In this document: piece after piece, positions 47,666 to 56,328 of the stretch
Numbering within the stretch: the stretch's first letter is position 1
Layout of the letters: each line of letters begins with the position of its first letter
Virus record (IMG/VR): IMGVR_UViG_3300025137_005412
Location: 1-64,000 of that record
Source: a virus
DNA length: 64,000 nt
Direction: 5' to 3' (one strand)
The notes under the pieces: generated by a model
What the model was told of the DNA's origin: nothing
Database searches by the model: none
The model's input: the letters and a program-made list of their open reading frames with translations, nothing else
Program-made: the position numbers and the translations under genes

Positions 47666-49148
47666 AAAACTTCCAGTTAAAGACTTGACTGATATAAGTT
47701 ATGGTGGTAAGTCATCATCTCTTGAAGAGATTGATACTGAAACATTTGCTACAGCAATAAACAAAATATCCAATACATTCTGTATAGCTAAATGGAAGCA
47801 AACAACATTACACCTACAAAATGGTCATACACATTCGTGTCACCATCCACAAACACATAAGATACCATGGCAAGAGTTGCAAACAAGACCATCAGCATTA
47901 CATAATACTACTAAGAAGATGATGATGCGTGATCAGATGAAGAACAATGTAAGACCACGTGAATGTGAGTATTGTTGGAGAGTAGAAGATGCTCGTAAAA
48001 AGAAAGGTGATCCTTGGTCAGATAGAATACATAAGAGTAGAGATCATTGGGCATTAAAACATTTACCTGAGATATTAAAGAATGATTCTACTTATGATGT
48101 ACCACCTTCATATCTTGAAGTATCATTCAGTAATGTATGTAATTTTAAATGTGCGTATTGTGCACCACATATATCATCTCAATGGATGCAGGAAATTAAA
48201 GCGAAAGGTGCATATCCAACATCAGCAAAATTCAACAACTTAGATTGGATTCAAAAAGAAGGTCTAATGCCAATACCAAACAATAAGCCAAATGTATATG
48301 TTGAAGCATTTTGGAAATGGTTCCCTGAAATATACAAACACCTTGAAGTATTTCGTATTACAGGTGGTGAACCGTTTATGTCTAAAGATACTATCAAGGT
48401 ACTAGACTTTTTAACAGATAATCCTGCACCTAACATGTCATTTGCTATCAATACTAATCTATGCATACCTGATAAGTTATTTGAACAAGTCATGGGTAAA
48501 TTAAAAAGACTTGTGGTTGAGAAGAAGATCAAGAATTTACACCTATTCACAAGTGCAGAAGCATACGGTAAGGCATCAGACTATATACGATTTGGTATGG
48601 ACTATGAGCTATGGTACAGAAATTGTCAATGGGTTATAAACAACATACCTGATGTAGATGAAAACAATCCTACAGTATTGACTATAATGTCTACAGTAAA
48701 CCTATTGAGTCTACCATCATATGTAAAGTTTATTCAAGATGTAAGTATGCTAAAGAAAGAAGCTAGTGTAAACATGAAGAATCCTAAGCTCTATGAAAGA
48801 GACTTAAAAAACATGTGTCCAGTAAGAGTTGACTTTCCATATCTTAGAAATCCTGAATTCTTGACTATGTTCCTATATCAAAATCCTAAGTTTAAGCTAG
48901 AAGGTAAGAAATGGATAGACAATGCCATATTTGCAGCTAAAATGGGTGGCTTTAATGAATATGAAATAGACAGAATGACTAGGCTCCTAAACACCTATAT
49001 GGGTGACCAAAGATGGACTGAGGTACAACGTACCAAGCATGAAAGAGACTTTAAAAAGTACATTATTGAATACGATAAGAGAAGAAGTGTTGATTTTGAT
49101 ACTGTTTTTCCTGAGTTAAAAACCTTTAAAGATAGTATAATACTATAG
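47631..49148 (+). CDS. radical SAM protein with N-terminal auxiliary (twitch/SPASM-like) Cys cluster
   Basis: CNFKCAYC, TGGEP, FCIAKW...SCHHP...CEYCW. Confidence 0.88.
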   Translation: MTNKTRTIIDLRKLPVKDLTDISYGGKSSSLEEIDTETFATAINKISNTFCIAKWKQTTLHLQNGHTHSCHHPQTHKIPWQELQTRPSALHNTTKKMMMRDQMKNNVRPRECEYCWRVEDARKKKGDPWSDRIHKSRDHWALKHLPEILKNDSTYDVPPSYLEVSFSNVCNFKCAYCAPHISSQWMQEIKAKGAYPTSAKFNNLDWIQKEGLMPIPNNKPNVYVEAFWKWFPEIYKHLEVFRITGGEPFMSKDTIKVLDFLTDNPAPNMSFAINTNLCIPDKLFEQVMGKLKRLVVEKKIKNLHLFTSAEAYGKASDYIRFGMDYELWYRNCQWVINNIPDVDENNPTVLTIMSTVNLLSLPSYVKFIQDVSMLKKEASVNMKNPKLYERDLKNMCPVRVDFPYLRNPEFLTMFLYQNPKFKLEGKKWIDNAIFAAKMGGFNEYEIDRMTRLLNTYMGDQRWTEVQRTKHERDFKKYIIEYDKRRSVDFDTVFPELKTFKDSIIL

Positions 49149-49174
49149 TAAAACAATTTAAAGTGAGGTAAATT

Positions 49175-49327
49175 ATGGAAGCACATCCAGAAGTAGAATC
49201 GCTGAAGCATAGAATACAAGAACTTGAGCGTGATATTGGCAATTACAGAGTTCAGATTGCCGAATACAGGCAAATCGTACATGAACTATCTAACAAAAAT
49301 AAAAAAGAATATTGGAGAACACCATGA
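49175..49327 (+). CDS. 50-aa coiled-coil peptide (not in ORF track)
   Basis: GAGG RBS; MEAHPEVESLKHRIQELERD...WRTP*. Confidence 0.55.
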   Translation: MEAHPEVESLKHRIQELERDIGNYRVQIAEYRQIVHELSNKNKKEYWRTP

Positions 49328-49602
49328 GAGAACATTATGATTCTATAATGAATGATAAGGTAAATGCACTTAAAGATTTACCTTTTCAAGTCAAGTTCAT
49401 GTCTATGCAGATATTAGCATGGATGTGGTCTGCTGTTTTTGGTATCTACATCATAGAGAGTATATATGCATTTGGCATATCAGCTCTTGCACATGCACTG
49501 TTTATTGCAATGACTGGCCTAACGGCTATATACTTTAAGCAAGTACAAAGAGAAAGAGTAGATGGTATACTAACAAGAGGTAAAGGCGGAGAACATGAGT
49601 AG
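49324..49602 (+). CDS. membrane protein
   Basis: MQILAWMWSAVFG, ends RGKGGEHE; ATGA overlap. Confidence 0.7.
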   Translation: MREHYDSIMNDKVNALKDLPFQVKFMSMQILAWMWSAVFGIYIIESIYAFGISALAHALFIAMTGLTAIYFKQVQRERVDGILTRGKGGEHE

Positions 49603-49674
49603 TAAAGAAAGATTACTTTGGTTTATATTTGGTTTTATGCCTTTCATATTTTTAATAATAGCATTAGCTGAAGG

Positions 49675-49989
49675 ATGGATAGTTATATGAGTGATGAAAA
49701 AATCTATATATCACCTGATGGTGGTAAAACAATATATGAACAAATAGATGGTAAGCGTGGTCCATTAGTAGATAAAAAGAGTGATGACTTTGATGTACCA
49801 AGCTGGAAGTACATTCGAGTAGAGTACGAGGAAAGTATCATACAAATAAATAAATTAATAGAACTTCACGAAATGAAATACAACAAGACTCGTGAAGAGT
49901 TTCATAAAAAGGCTTATGAATCTTTAATCTCGTACATGCATGAATTAAAAGCTTACATTGTAAAGAAAGAGGAGGATTACTTTAAATGA
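49675..49989 (+). CDS. hypothetical protein
   Basis: SPDGGKTIY motif. Confidence 0.6.
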   Translation: MDSYMSDEKIYISPDGGKTIYEQIDGKRGPLVDKKSDDFDVPSWKYIRVEYEESIIQINKLIELHEMKYNKTREEFHKKAYESLISYMHELKAYIVKKEEDYFK

Positions 49990-50573
49990 AAATGTTCAAA
50001 GACGGCACATGGTTGATGTGGTTGGCACTTACCATGATGTTTATGTTTTTTGTTATGTTGCCTACAGGTGCAGCAACCGAGCCAAAACAACCCATCATAG
50101 AATATACTAATCAAGATGAATTCATAACATCAGTCCAGTCATGTGCTACATTTGAGAATTCACTCTTAAATGAAAATGATCATGTACCAGTAGAGATCAT
50201 TACTGCAATGGCAGTATTAGAAACCGGTTATGGTAAGAGTAGATTCGCTAATGTTGCAAACAACTTGTTTGGTATCAGAACATGGGATCTATCAACACCA
50301 CATGTCAAGCCACTTGGTTATGAAGGTAATGAAATAAAGTGGGCTGTAAAGAAGTACGATACTAAATGTGATAGTGTCAAGCACATGATCAGTATACTAA
50401 ATAACCTACATTTCTATGAGAAGTTTAGAGAAGCAAGAGAACAGTTCTTTAATTTCAGAGGTGTAAGTCTATATGACATGGTCCATACATTACATCCATG
50501 GAGCACCAATCCAGAATATACCAACCTTATAAACAATAGAGTCAAGCACATCGAAGTCGCATTTTCTGACTAA
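49986..50573 (+). CDS. glucosaminidase (GH73/Bax-like) peptidoglycan hydrolase with N-terminal anchor
   Basis: AVLETGYGKSRFA..ANNLFGI, WSTNPEY. Confidence 0.85.
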   Translation: MKMFKDGTWLMWLALTMMFMFFVMLPTGAATEPKQPIIEYTNQDEFITSVQSCATFENSLLNENDHVPVEIITAMAVLETGYGKSRFANVANNLFGIRTWDLSTPHVKPLGYEGNEIKWAVKKYDTKCDSVKHMISILNNLHFYEKFREAREQFFNFRGVSLYDMVHTLHPWSTNPEYTNLINNRVKHIEVAFSD

Positions 50574-50585
50574 AACTCACATTTT

Positions 50586-50756
50586 ACTGTGATATATTTG
50601 TCACAGTTGTCAATAAAAACACTCTTAAAGTACTAAGTAGTTGTTTTCTAATAACAAAATAATCTAAAAAAACTGCAGTTTAATGTAAAAAACGTTGTAC
50701 ATTACCGTATAACCTGTATAGAATAGTACATATAACTGATTAACAAAGGAGAATAT
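50586..50756 (+). promoter_or_regulatory. early promoter cassette copy A
   Basis: ACTGTGA-N8-TCACAGT palindrome, IHF-like box, TGTACA-17-TAGAAT, GATTAACAAAGGAGAATATATG. Confidence 0.75.
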
Positions 50757-51038
50757 ATGACAATTAATATAACTACAGGATATGAATACACTGGTTCAAA
50801 TGCAGATGCATGCGGTGATATTGAAGAAGTTTGTACATTTAAACAAGGTATCAAACACTTTGGCATTAGCGGTGGACAAGTTAAAGGCATGAAAGCAGTT
50901 GCTAGATTGGTAAGATACAGAATAGAAGAAGATGATGACGGTAAAGAAATCAAACGTCCAGTATACTTCTCAGTATTTGATGCTAATGAGTTTGCTGCTA
51001 GAAAAGCTTTACTTAAACCAACTAAGAGGGTAGCATAA
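50757..51038 (+). CDS. ArdC N-terminal-like (ssDNA-binding) protein
   Basis: N.TTG..Y.GSN, TFKQ, GQVKGMK, YFSVF. Confidence 0.55.
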   Translation: MTINITTGYEYTGSNADACGDIEEVCTFKQGIKHFGISGGQVKGMKAVARLVRYRIEEDDDGKEIKRPVYFSVFDANEFAARKALLKPTKRVA

Positions 51039-51304
51039 TGCATGAAACATTTGAAACAACTGTTGATACTTATCATCATATGACTAAGATGGTAATAGAC
51101 AAATTTAAAGTGAAATATAGAAGCCCATACTGCGAGAGCTCATTATGGAAAGGTATACCTATTGAGTTCTTACCCACATTCAAACAATTGTTTGGTACTG
51201 GGTACTTAATCAAGTATAGAGGCACCTCTAAAGACTATTACAGCAGACCACAAGCACATTGTCATAAACAATATGCAGATACATTTGCAGTATACAGAAA
51301 ATAA
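51038..51304 (+). CDS. hypothetical early protein
   Basis: TAATG-coupled. Confidence 0.6.
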   Translation: MHETFETTVDTYHHMTKMVIDKFKVKYRSPYCESSLWKGIPIEFLPTFKQLFGTGYLIKYRGTSKDYYSRPQAHCHKQYADTFAVYRK

Positions 51305-51305
51305 T

Positions 51306-51326
51306 TCGCTTTAAGAGTATAATATT
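51306..51326 (+). promoter_or_regulatory. putative promoter TCGCTT-N3-GAGTATAATATT (copy 2)
   Basis: Near-identical to 12031-12051. Confidence 0.55.
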
Positions 51327-51352
51327 AATAACAATCAAGCAAGGGAGACATC

Positions 51353-51796
51353 ATGCAACTTATAATAGAAACACAATATATGGAAAACTACAATGTAGAA
51401 AATCCTGGCCAAGGTCAAGATAGATGGAAATATAAAGGTGGTTCCACTTATAAGGTGCAGGATGTTGACATTAACATGGACTTTAAGAAATACATTAAGA
51501 CACATCTAGCTCCGAAGATAGAGTATGAGTCAGATATGTCTCAAGAATATATTCTTGACTGGTCCATCGTGTCAGATGACTATCTGTCAGACTTTGAAAA
51601 GTCTCAACTTGAATATGAAGGTTTTAAGGGCTATCAAGAACCTAAGATCTATATTGAAGATGATAAGATGACTAAGATCAAAGAGTTTGAGGGTCATCGT
51701 GGTAGAAATAGACACGTGTGGGAATGGTTTGCTGATGGTTCTGAATGGGTATACAATAAAGCATTATCATTTGAACTAACAAGAAGGGTAGCATAA
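51353..51796 (+). CDS. conserved phage hypothetical protein
   Basis: TQYMENY, WKYKGGSTY. Confidence 0.7.
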   Translation: MQLIIETQYMENYNVENPGQGQDRWKYKGGSTYKVQDVDINMDFKKYIKTHLAPKIEYESDMSQEYILDWSIVSDDYLSDFEKSQLEYEGFKGYQEPKIYIEDDKMTKIKEFEGHRGRNRHVWEWFADGSEWVYNKALSFELTRRVA

Positions 51797-52245
51797 TGGG
51801 CGATTACGTAATATTCGATGTAGATGGTACATTGATGGACATTACTCACAGACGTAAGTTTGTACAGAGTAGTCCAAAAGACTGGGATTCATTCAATGAT
51901 CCTAAGAATGTAGAGAAAGATACACCTATTGAAGAGGTGTTTGAGCTTGCTAGACTATTATCTAAGCGAAACTATATAGTCATATCAAGTGGTAGAAAGA
52001 AGAAGCTAAGGGATCTGACTATGAAGCAGATAAGAGCCAATGGACTTGACCCTGAACTAGCACTCTTTCGAAGTGATACAGACTTTAGGCCAGATCATGA
52101 GCTTAAACGTGATCATCTGCAGAAGATGATACTTCACTTTAATGACGAGTTCCCACGTATGGCCTTTGATGATAGAGATTCAGTGGTAGATATGTGGCGA
52201 GAGAATGGTATCAAGACCTTTCAGCCTGAAAGAGGTAATTTTTAA
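51796..52245 (+). CDS. HAD-family polynucleotide 3'-phosphatase (PseT C-terminal-like)
   Basis: FDVDGTL, SGR, RPDHELK, FDDRDSVVDMWR. Confidence 0.85.
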   Translation: MGDYVIFDVDGTLMDITHRRKFVQSSPKDWDSFNDPKNVEKDTPIEEVFELARLLSKRNYIVISSGRKKKLRDLTMKQIRANGLDPELALFRSDTDFRPDHELKRDHLQKMILHFNDEFPRMAFDDRDSVVDMWRENGIKTFQPERGNF

Positions 52246-52283
52246 CACAATAAGGTATAATAATAATACAGGAGAAAACACAC

Positions 52284-52451
52284 ATGATTGACGTACTTAA
52301 TGAGATAGAATATCTAGAAAAGATCAAAGACGCTGCAGAAGATAAAGACTTCGCAAAGGTTATAGAGCTATGTAGAGACAAGATACATGATAATGTCAAG
52401 GTAGTAAAAGACTTTGAATTTGCAAATCACCTAGATGAAAACAGCAACTAA
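52284..52451 (+). CDS. 55-aa hypothetical (not in ORF track)
   Basis: AGGAG RBS; MIDVLNEIEYLEKIK...DENSN*. Confidence 0.55.
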   Translation: MIDVLNEIEYLEKIKDAAEDKDFAKVIELCRDKIHDNVKVVKDFEFANHLDENSN

Positions 52452-52878
52452 TAGAGAGATAATGGGTAGGCTAGGTGAAGAAGCCCTAGCCGCCAAGTAC
52501 AATTTTACCCTGTCGGATGACAAGTACGATATGGAAAAAGATGCGATAGATGAGAGTGGTAATCGAGTAGAGATTAAGACTCAGAATCGTCATCCTGCCG
52601 GGTATTTTACGGTCAACCTTGCCAATGTTAATCAGTTGAAGAAGTGTGTAGAGGTTGACCGTCTTTTGTTTCTCGAGTATGACAACAGTGATACTCTTAA
52701 AGTATGGGAATGTCCAAAGAATGATAAGGCCAGAAGAGCTAAGACAATCAGAACACGTGATGGTAGAGCCATGGCTGGATTCCCAATAGATGAGATGGAG
52801 ATGATCGAGGAGATGCAAGATAAGGAACTATCACGCATGTTTAAGCAACTATCACAGTCAAAGGTCATTGATGTATAA
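52435..52878 (+). CDS. PD-(D/E)xK nuclease-like protein
   Basis: GRLGE, D..KD....VEIKT. Confidence 0.55.
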   Translation: MKTATNREIMGRLGEEALAAKYNFTLSDDKYDMEKDAIDESGNRVEIKTQNRHPAGYFTVNLANVNQLKKCVEVDRLLFLEYDNSDTLKVWECPKNDKARRAKTIRTRDGRAMAGFPIDEMEMIEEMQDKELSRMFKQLSQSKVIDV

Positions 52879-53188
52879 TCCACTTCCACAGTTTCTTACT
52901 CTTAAAGAGTCAGTAATACATGGTCTTGGATGCTTTGCACGAGAGAGTATACCATCACAGTTCATTATCGGTGTGACACATGTATACCTTGATCATAAGA
53001 TCATAAGAACACCACTTGGTGGTTTTATCAACCATGCCGTACTCTCAAACTGTGTACTCGAAGATGGATATCTCAACCAGGATGATGAGATTATCAACAT
53101 GTACAAGTGTAAACGAATCATGACAACAAGATTAATTAACCCCGGTGAGGAGCTAACACTCACCTACAAGATGTACGACCCGACATGA
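52868..53188 (+). CDS. SET-domain protein (lysine methyltransferase-like)
   Basis: HGLGCFA, GGFINH..NC, I.PGEELTLTY. Confidence 0.85.
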   Translation: MMYNPLPQFLTLKESVIHGLGCFARESIPSQFIIGVTHVYLDHKIIRTPLGGFINHAVLSNCVLEDGYLNQDDEIINMYKCKRIMTTRLINPGEELTLTYKMYDPT

Positions 53189-53239
53189 CACCATTAGAAA
53201 CACTCTTAATTCTATATCTCGGCACACTCATACTTTTCA

Positions 53240-53614
53240 GTGGTACGCCGAAGATCTAACAAGCTCGGTAAGGCCTATGTAAGACTCTTTTGTTTTGCAG
53301 GGATAGGCGTTAAACAGAGTAAAGATCAGAAGAATTCACATGAACACGAGGTTCGCGCCAGAAACATATACCCAGGAGAGTACGTAGGTGGTCCCATTGA
53401 CCCCATTCATAACGATTCTGACCTGTATCCACAGATACTATACAACTATAACAACAAGAAAGATAGTAAACCAATCGTGTATATACCATTAGATGATACA
53501 CCGATACACTTAGAACCATTCAAATCATTATGTCTATATCTACTACTCAGCACTATATCAATACTGTTTATAGGTGGTCTGATGTACCTCCTAAGTGTTC
53601 TGATCACTCCCTGA
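53240..53614 (+). CDS. possible membrane protein (start uncertain)
   Basis: C-terminal hydrophobic segment; GTG start lacks a clear RBS and 5' part is structured. Confidence 0.35.
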   Translation: MVRRRSNKLGKAYVRLFCFAGIGVKQSKDQKNSHEHEVRARNIYPGEYVGGPIDPIHNDSDLYPQILYNYNNKKDSKPIVYIPLDDTPIHLEPFKSLCLYLLLSTISILFIGGLMYLLSVLITP

Positions 53615-53742
53615 GCTCCCGTGCATTGGTGCTCGGTGTTCAATGTGTATTTAAAAATACAGCTGAAAATAGCCGGTACGAGGGCTCTATAGACCCTTCT
53701 AAACACCACCGAGAGATGCCGACTAAATCCACAGGGAGCCTC
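53613..53742. other. GC-rich multi-branched secondary structure (candidate ncRNA or cis element)
   Basis: GCTCCC/GGGAGC and CTCGGTG/CACCGAG enclose three small hairpins. Confidence 0.45.
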
Positions 53743-53797
53743 GGAATATCACGGCCGACACCCCTCTATAGCACACGAGTACAAAAAACTCATAAAA

Positions 53798-53956
53798 ACA
53801 GTGATAAAAATGTCACAGTAGGGAATAAAAATGACGGCTGTGGTCTAAGTGGTTGATTTCTAATAACAAAATAATCTAAAAAAATGCATAAAGTTGTTTA
53901 CATGCTCGCCGAACTGTATAGAATAGGCTATATCAATGATTAACAAAGGTAAATAT
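53798..53956 (+). promoter_or_regulatory. early promoter cassette copy B
   Basis: GTGA-N8-TCAC, exact IHF box 53846-53858, GTTTAC-17-TAGAAT, GATTAACAAAGG. Confidence 0.75.
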
Positions 53957-54136
53957 ATGACAGAAAAAATGAAAGCGGCATTTCAAAAAGCCGTAACCAA
54001 CCCAGAAAACTTGAATCTTGATGGTTCAATTAACTGGAACTTTGTAGATGCAGATGTGTATCATGAAGTAGACCCTGATGAAACTACTGTACATTACAAT
54101 AAGTTTCATATGCTTTGTAATTCTTTTAAACTTTAA
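53957..54136 (+). CDS. small early protein
   Basis: N...DGSINWNFVDADVY; start matches cassette copies A and C. Confidence 0.7.
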   Translation: MTEKMKAAFQKAVTNPENLNLDGSINWNFVDADVYHEVDPDETTVHYNKFHMLCNSFKL

Positions 54137-54153
54137 CAGCGAGGACAATAACC

Positions 54154-54342
54154 ATGAGTAAAATGAATCAACTATACCTAGAACTAAGCGAACGTGCACA
54201 GGACTATATCAGCGACTTTGCTGATAAGAAGTACTTCACATTATTAGATGCCAAGGATGCCTACCTTGATATATACGGCGAGTCAGCTGCTCCCATCTTT
54301 GAACAAGAATGCGAAACAGCTAGCGAGATAGGTATCATATAA
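54154..54342 (+). CDS. small early protein
   Basis: GAGG RBS. Confidence 0.6.
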   Translation: MSKMNQLYLELSERAQDYISDFADKKYFTLLDAKDAYLDIYGESAAPIFEQECETASEIGII

Positions 54343-54455
54343 TGCTTGAAACAATCTTATACTGGGTAATATTCCCAACTATGGGCTTCACATTCTATTG
54401 TGCATGTGTAGCCCTATACCTACATACAAAAGAAATCTTTAAGGAGGATATATAA
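54342..54455 (+). CDS. 37-aa membrane peptide (not in ORF track)
   Basis: TAATG-coupled at both ends; MLETILYWVIFPTMGFTFYCACVALYLHTKEIFKEDI*. Confidence 0.55.
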   Translation: MLETILYWVIFPTMGFTFYCACVALYLHTKEIFKEDI

Positions 54456-54964
54456 TGGCTAAATCAGGCTACAAACAACCAAATACAATCGAAGAAGCTG
54501 TCAAGGGTCTTACCCCTGTGGTAAAGAAATTTGCAAGACAGTATACCCGTAATCACTATCACCTGTACGAAGACCTCATGCAGGATGGTTTTATGGGTAT
54601 CTGTGAGGCATGGGAAAAGTTTGACCATACCAAGGGTGCCAGCTTTACCACCTACGCATGGTTCTATATCCGTAAGAAGATGCAGACCACGGTAGATCCC
54701 TTTTGGAAATGGGATAATAAGACGGTGCCAGAAGACTGGGCTCCCGATAGTGGCTATGAGCATAGCTTCGATGGCTTCGCCGCAGTACAGGCATTCCATC
54801 AGTTAAATGAGTATGAGCAGAAGCTTATCATGCTCAGAACCGAGGGCTATACCTTTAGTGAGATAGCTAAGACCCTTAATAAAGAATCACCTAAGAAGCG
54901 ATCTCTGAATAAGATCAGGTCTGAAATACTTGAGATACAAGATCGCCTGGTAGCAGAAGAATAG
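54455..54964 (+). CDS. sigma-70 family RNA polymerase sigma factor (regions 2 and 4)
   Basis: EDLMQDGFMGI.EA.EKFD..KGASFTTYA..YIR; EGYTFSEIAK HTH. Confidence 0.88.
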   Translation: MAKSGYKQPNTIEEAVKGLTPVVKKFARQYTRNHYHLYEDLMQDGFMGICEAWEKFDHTKGASFTTYAWFYIRKKMQTTVDPFWKWDNKTVPEDWAPDSGYEHSFDGFAAVQAFHQLNEYEQKLIMLRTEGYTFSEIAKTLNKESPKKRSLNKIRSEILEIQDRLVAEE

Positions 54965-54979
54965 TACTAGGTAGGTAAT

Positions 54980-55016
54980 CCCATCAAATACCCGAGACCG
55001 TTAGGTATTTGGTGGG
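54980..55016. terminator. 13-bp hairpin at the convergent strand junction
   Basis: CCCATCAAATACC-N11-GGTATTTGGTGGG. Confidence 0.6.
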
Positions 55017-55080
55017 GCAAAAGTCCCGGGAAGGTCGTCCGTGCTTAGCTCCGAAGAGATTTTTTTTCACCAGGATTTTT

Positions 55081-56328
55081 TTACCCGAGTATTGGTGGTA
55101 ATGGTAGAGAGGATTCGTTATCACTTGCCCTCTGGGGATGTTCGGCTAGTATTGGTTTAGCTCCCTCTATATAGGGTGGAGGTGGTGGATTCAATATGAT
55201 CTTCTTCGGTGGTTCTATACCCATAGATTGAAAGTTATTCGGTATCTGTTGTAGTGTATCATTTGAACCGGTAATAGCATGTCTCATTGCATTTCTTTCA
55301 TTCATTTCCTTCTCGAATTGTTGTCTCTGCTGCTCATCTGTTGGATATACTGTATTACCTCCCTGGTCGAATAGACCCATCCAAGGTATATGTATCCTTA
55401 CCGGACCGATAGGAGTATCAATATCGCATTCTAATACCGTGTCTTTACCCTTCGGACCGGCCTTGATCTGTTCGTGCTTCGCCTGTATTCGAAGCTGCAG
55501 TACATCTTTCGGATGCATAAGATCGGGGTAGATGATATTCTCCTGACCCGCCAGCTGTCTCTCGATACTCGCCCGGATATCATCCGGATTATCCTCATAG
55601 GCGATACCTCGGACCTCGGGAGTTATCTTCTTAATATCTACGAGCTCCTCATCATTCTCTATATGTGCCATCAGGTTCTCCCATGTTATCTGATGAAAGT
55701 TATCAAATCCAATGAGTCTCGGAGGTGACTTACCATCGAGTGGATTGACGTGATAGAACTCGGTATCGGGGAACTGTTTAATAATCCACTGATATCTTCT
55801 CTGCCAGTTACGAAATGTAGGTGCTCCGTTGATTACACCTTCCTTCTTCTTGGCATAGTGCTTCATACCCTCATAGAGGTTATTCATCAGGCCATTACTA
55901 TCGGGATTATTGATATCGGCATCGGACTTGATACCAAAGAAGTCATTACCGATGAGAAAGATCTTCTTATGTTCATGTACCTTACAGGCCACATAGGTGG
56001 CGGATGGTCCGGCTGCAAACTTCTCGGGTGTTGGTATCTTCTTGGCTCCGCTTCCAGGTTTAGGAAACCACGTATAGAACCAGTTCGATCTCGGCCAGTT
56101 AGGTGTAGTCTTCAATATAGTACGAGTCATAGGCTCATCAGATGCTACTAATACATGTGGTGCAAACTCTTCTCGATAGAACCAGTTGCAGGCATAGAGT
56201 ATTCCATACTCTTTAAGTGTCTTAATATCCTTATCTTTTCTTGTGATACCGTTACCAATTACCCATGCGTACTGACCGGTCGGTAGTGTCTTCTTACCGG
56301 TACCCTTAATCTTTGGAAGCTTCTTCAT
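55081..56328 (-). CDS. Maf/DUF115/sialyltransferase-like nucleotide-sugar transferase with Pro-rich tail
   Basis: VIGNGITR, YACN..YR, LVASD, AGP.A, IFLIGND. Confidence 0.55.
   Translation of the reverse strand: MKKLPKIKGTGKKTLPTGQYAWVIGNGITRKDKDIKTLKEYGILYACNWFYREEFAPHVLVASDEPMTRTILKTTPNWPRSNWFYTWFPKPGSGAKKIPTPEKFAAGPSATYVACKVHEHKKIFLIGNDFFGIKSDADINNPDSNGLMNNLYEGMKHYAKKKEGVINGAPTFRNWQRRYQWIIKQFPDTEFYHVNPLDGKSPPRLIGFDNFHQITWENLMAHIENDEELVDIKKITPEVRGIAYEDNPDDIRASIERQLAGQENIIYPDLMHPKDVLQLRIQAKHEQIKAGPKGKDTVLECDIDTPIGPVRIHIPWMGLFDQGGNTVYPTDEQQRQQFEKEMNERNAMRHAITGSNDTLQQIPNNFQSMGIEPPKKIILNPPPPPYIEGAKPILAEHPQRASDNESSLPLPPILG

Noticed and set aside
50586-50607. Canonical CRP site
   Set aside because: TGTGA and TCACA are 8 nt apart rather than 6; kept only as an unassigned palindrome
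53613-53742. tRNA or tmRNA
   Set aside because: No GTTCRA T-loop, D-loop or acceptor/CCA geometry
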